A DNA stretch of 64,000 nt from Spirogloea muscicola (lineage: Eukaryota), in the NCBI GenBank assembly GCA_009602725.1, contig WELB01000009.1:156374-220373 (forward strand), in the 5' to 3' direction. Under the pieces are notes generated by a model, which did no database searches, had not been told where the DNA came from, and was given only the letters and a program-made list of their open reading frames with translations. Both the position numbers and the translations under genes were made by a program. How positions within the stretch are numbered: the first letter of the stretch is position 1; each line of letters opens with the position of its first letter. Positions 60,451-64,000 of this stretch are shown in pieces.

Positions 60451-63400
60451 ATGCTGTCAAGATTCAGGCCCAAGTCTAGAGGCGGCGGCTTCCGACGCAG
60501 CAAGCGTAGGGTGGCACTGGAGCCAGACCCTCAGCAGCTACTAGAAGCTACAGGCTCAGGCCCCTCCTTGCCATGTAACACGGATCAGCGGCCTGGCACG
60601 CCCTCCTTCGGTCAGACCGACCTGGAAACGCAGCCAGCTTGGAGGCCTCGGAGGTTCCTCGTCGGCCTGAAGGTGACCAGTCAGTCCTTTCCATACGTGG
60701 ATGCGAGTCATGAAGCCACATTAATATGCTGGGCCTGCTGTTGACCCATTCATGCACGGAACCCGACGAATAAGCAGCCTTAAGTGAGTCATCTGCTCCC
60801 TTGCTCCTCTTTACCTGGCAATGAAAGTGTGCTATGTGCCACCACCGCCTGCAGGGCCAGCAAAAGTTTGGCCAGACAGTGGGCTTCACAGAGGAGGGCA
60901 AGGCATTGGTGCAGCGTGTCCTTTCTCAACTAGCAAGGCCCCATGACCTCATACTGGTCGTGCACGTCATCAAAAATGTACCCCTTCCATCTCGTGAGTC
61001 TCAGCTCGAAGGACAGCTCTCCATATTGTTCAGAAAACTTGCTTGGTGTAGCCGACCACCCCAGCAAAGGAGTTGGGTACAAGTCGAAAAATGTACAAAT
61101 ATGTCTCTACTGAGAGCAGCAGGAAGGTTTCCATGGTCCCCTCTAGCCGATCCACTTTATTCACCGTTCAAAGTAAAAGTGACCAAGTTTGCAAGATACA
61201 ACCTTGCTTGACCGAGTTTGTTCTCCTGCAAGATACTTACTGAAGTCCATGAGCATTACACTTGCTGCAGTCCGAGACTGCAAAGGTTCCACAAAGCTTT
61301 CCGAAACTGAGTGCCTCGGCAACAGCGCTTCGTATCAAGTCTAATTTCGGCACACTTCAATGCATGCGCTGCAGTTGGCTACAGCCTGCCAGTTGCTGAC
61401 GCCTCGGAGCAACTCTTGGCCAGCTACTCAAAGGAGCTCAAGAATGCCTGTGAACGATTGCTAACCCCGGTTGTTAAGGCTGGGTTGCAAAAGCAGGCAT
61501 GAGAGCATTGCACCTTTAATCTCCATAGATCCTCTTAATAGTTCCTCTTAGCATCTCCTTAGCAGACATATGTGCAAATCTACCTTCTTGTATGATGGGC
61601 TGCTGTGCTTCTATTGGGAAGCTACATGCACTCGTGCATATCGGCTGTGACTCCCTATCCGAGGGGCAAAGAGATTGATCTCATGGTTATGCAGTTGATA
61701 CTGCTCACACCTGCTCTTTCTTGCAAGTACAAGATTTACCGATTGCAAGCACCTTACTGGGCCTGCTTCTGATAGCAGCTGCTGTTGGAAGTCATCGTCT
61801 TATTATGGTTGTCACTGGTACCTGCTTGCTGATTTGAGCAGCTGTTGGACATGTCCCTGCCTTCTCTCTTGCATGCAGGTGAATATTCGGTGCTTGATAG
61901 GATATGGTCAGTATATCGATGAAGTTTTGACAGAAAGAGCACAAGTGCTGCAGGCGACTCATCTTCTGGTAGGCCGCTCGAAGCAGAGCCTTACAAGCAG
62001 GTGAGCTTCTCCTCACACATGTCGTCAACGTCAGATGTCTCTAGGTCCTGTCCTTAATTGCATGCCTCCAGAGACTTTTATTCGTTTGATTAGCAGCACG
62101 CAGTGGCAGCTCATTCTGTTTGTTCATTTGTCTCTGACTCGCACGTAATCTTAGAGAGCCCTCTCCTAGATTTTCAGTGGTGAGCGTCACAAGGAGCTAC
62201 ATTAAGAATCAGCAAATCGAGCTGGTACCAGGAAGATGTGTAGGAACATGCCAATGTGTTCTTCTCCGCTAGTACAATGAACCAATGTAGCAGTTGGTCT
62301 TGTCCTTGCTCATGTATGACATTCTGGTAGTGTGAAGGGGTGATGTCTGGTTAAGTTGGCATACTGCTGCTGTGCAGGACTTGCTCTCAAGACGTTCAAT
62401 GTCTGGTTGCAAATGTACCCCCTCTCTGCACGGTGGTGGTATACTGTCACAATGAGATAATTCATAAAAGCCCCGGTACGTGTTTTCTGTACACCTGTCT
62501 CTGATTCCAGCATTGTGATACACAATACAAGAGTTAGAAATAGGTGATGATGTCCAACGGAGTTCTGTTGGCTGTGGGTCCTCTGTCGTGAGTCAACGAC
62601 ATCATTGAGGGTTGGACTGAAGCTGATGATCTAGGTGTCTGTAGTCGCTTCTACCCAACATGTCACTTTGGAGGTGCGGCAAGTGTTAAAGCGGCAATGA
62701 CACATGTAGCATTGGAGTGATATCATCTTGGTATGAGGCAGGCACGCTCACAAAGTGGACATCGAAGAGTGTCGTAGGGAAAGACGATGACATGGAGCTC
62801 ATGGAGATGAACATAAGCCCTGGCAGAGGTCCAATAGATACTCTTCTTCCTCAAACAACGCGAGTGCATGAGGAGAAGCTCACAATTGAGGAAGAGCCCT
62901 TGAAGACATCGCCATTGCTCCTTTTGACGGCTTCGCAAGAGACCAAAGTGCACCACATTCATCTGCCCATGGTAGCATCAGGTCGTTAATGGACTATGAT
63001 CAGCTGCCTTCTCATCCCTTTTCTTTGCCATTGCCAATGCTGCCAAATGAATGCCCCTCATTGACACCTCCATCCAATAGTGCTCCGTCTGGTGACCATG
63101 CTAATCACCACCATCACTGATGCTCATCACTTCTGGAAGTGAGCCGGAAAGAAGGCTTTGCACTTTCAGCAGTCAACGTTACCGCCAAGTTTACCCTCTG
63201 ACTTTGCTGTTTTCCTCTATTAAATTCCAGGTGAGTGTCTTGGAGACACTGGCCTGTACGAATATTCCAGCAACAGCTCCAGCAGTGGTAGTGTAAGGCA
63301 GGAGTCGCCCCGCACTGTTCTTGAAGTGAGTTCCTCAGGTAATGCAAACGGCACATGAAAAACATCCACTGCTCTCTGTAATCAATACTTCACAGGAGGT

Positions 63401-64000
63401 CCTTCAGTACCAGTGGCTACACTCATCAAGCGCAACTACGAAGAACCACTCCATTCAGTTTAACAAAGCAGCTTGAAAGTTCCAGGCAATACTGATGACA
63501 AGTATTCCTGCATGTTTCTAGGTTCTGAGGATGGATGTAGCCCTGGCATGAGACACTCGGGAACAACGTCAATGTACTCACAACCTGGAACCGAAGGTAC
63601 AGAAACTACTCATAGATAGCCACACGCCATTATCCTGATTGCAAAGATTAGCAAAGCTCTTGATGGCCAACTGTTCTTATACTGAGTCAAAGGAGCTGAC
63701 TGCTTTGTAATTAAAGAAGGTTTCGATTGTCAAGTAGAAGAGAGCACTGAAACAGCTTCAGAGTGCTCCAGTAATTTGCAAGGATAGTCACATTCTGCAT
63801 GCTGATGTTCTTAGAGCTCTGTAAGCCGGCAGTAGCCTTGTGCATTGCAATCTCCCCAGGTTCTCATGCATTTGCTGTAAGCACTTGAACATGCTATGTG
63901 AGAGTGCACACGGTCATAGGACACACTGTACTTGCATACACGCCCAGTGCATCTAAGCTACTTGATGTCTGACCCTGTCATAGGCCCTGTTGACAGTGGT
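60451..64000 (+). CDS. USP (adenine nucleotide alpha-hydrolase-like) domain protein, resembling the N-terminus of plant RLCK-VI kinases; continues past window
   Basis: Exons RRFLVGLK / EEGKALVQRVLSQLARPHDLILVVHVIKN / VNIRCLIGYGQYIDEVLTESAQVLQATHLLVGRSKQ fit the USP pattern. No kinase motifs are seen in the window; start and downstream exons are uncertain. Confidence 0.6.

Overview
Intron-rich eukaryotic nuclear DNA, most consistent with a streptophyte green alga (inferred from a plastid-type MurJ, a TGA bZIP-DOG1 factor and a plant-type USP-domain gene), with three N gaps. About 11 spliced genes are supported: MurJ (5' partial), IMPDH, TGA, ycf45-like AAA ATPase, Xaa-Pro dipeptidase, SCAMP, mitochondrial uL24, a DUF3353/CPP1-like chaperone, an unknown gene with a methyltransferase-like terminal exon, a VOC/PhnB-like protein and a USP-domain gene running off the end. 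Two gene-free islands (~13.0-19.2 kb and ~44.3-56.4 kb) and several gene 5' flanks are built from one family of short hairpin-bearing modular repeats. The core GCCAGCCCAAAA/TTTTGGGCTGGC occurs >30 times by eye, junctions fall at GAAG, and the hairpins at the far end covary. The larger island holds two tandem, diverged copies of an ORF resembling a partitivirus (dsRNA virus) coat protein, next to Gypsy PHD/Gag remnants, a CRE-like non-LTR fragment and a solo LTR with a clean TSD. All family assignments come from motif recognition by eye; no database search was run, and exon boundaries are approximate unless stated.
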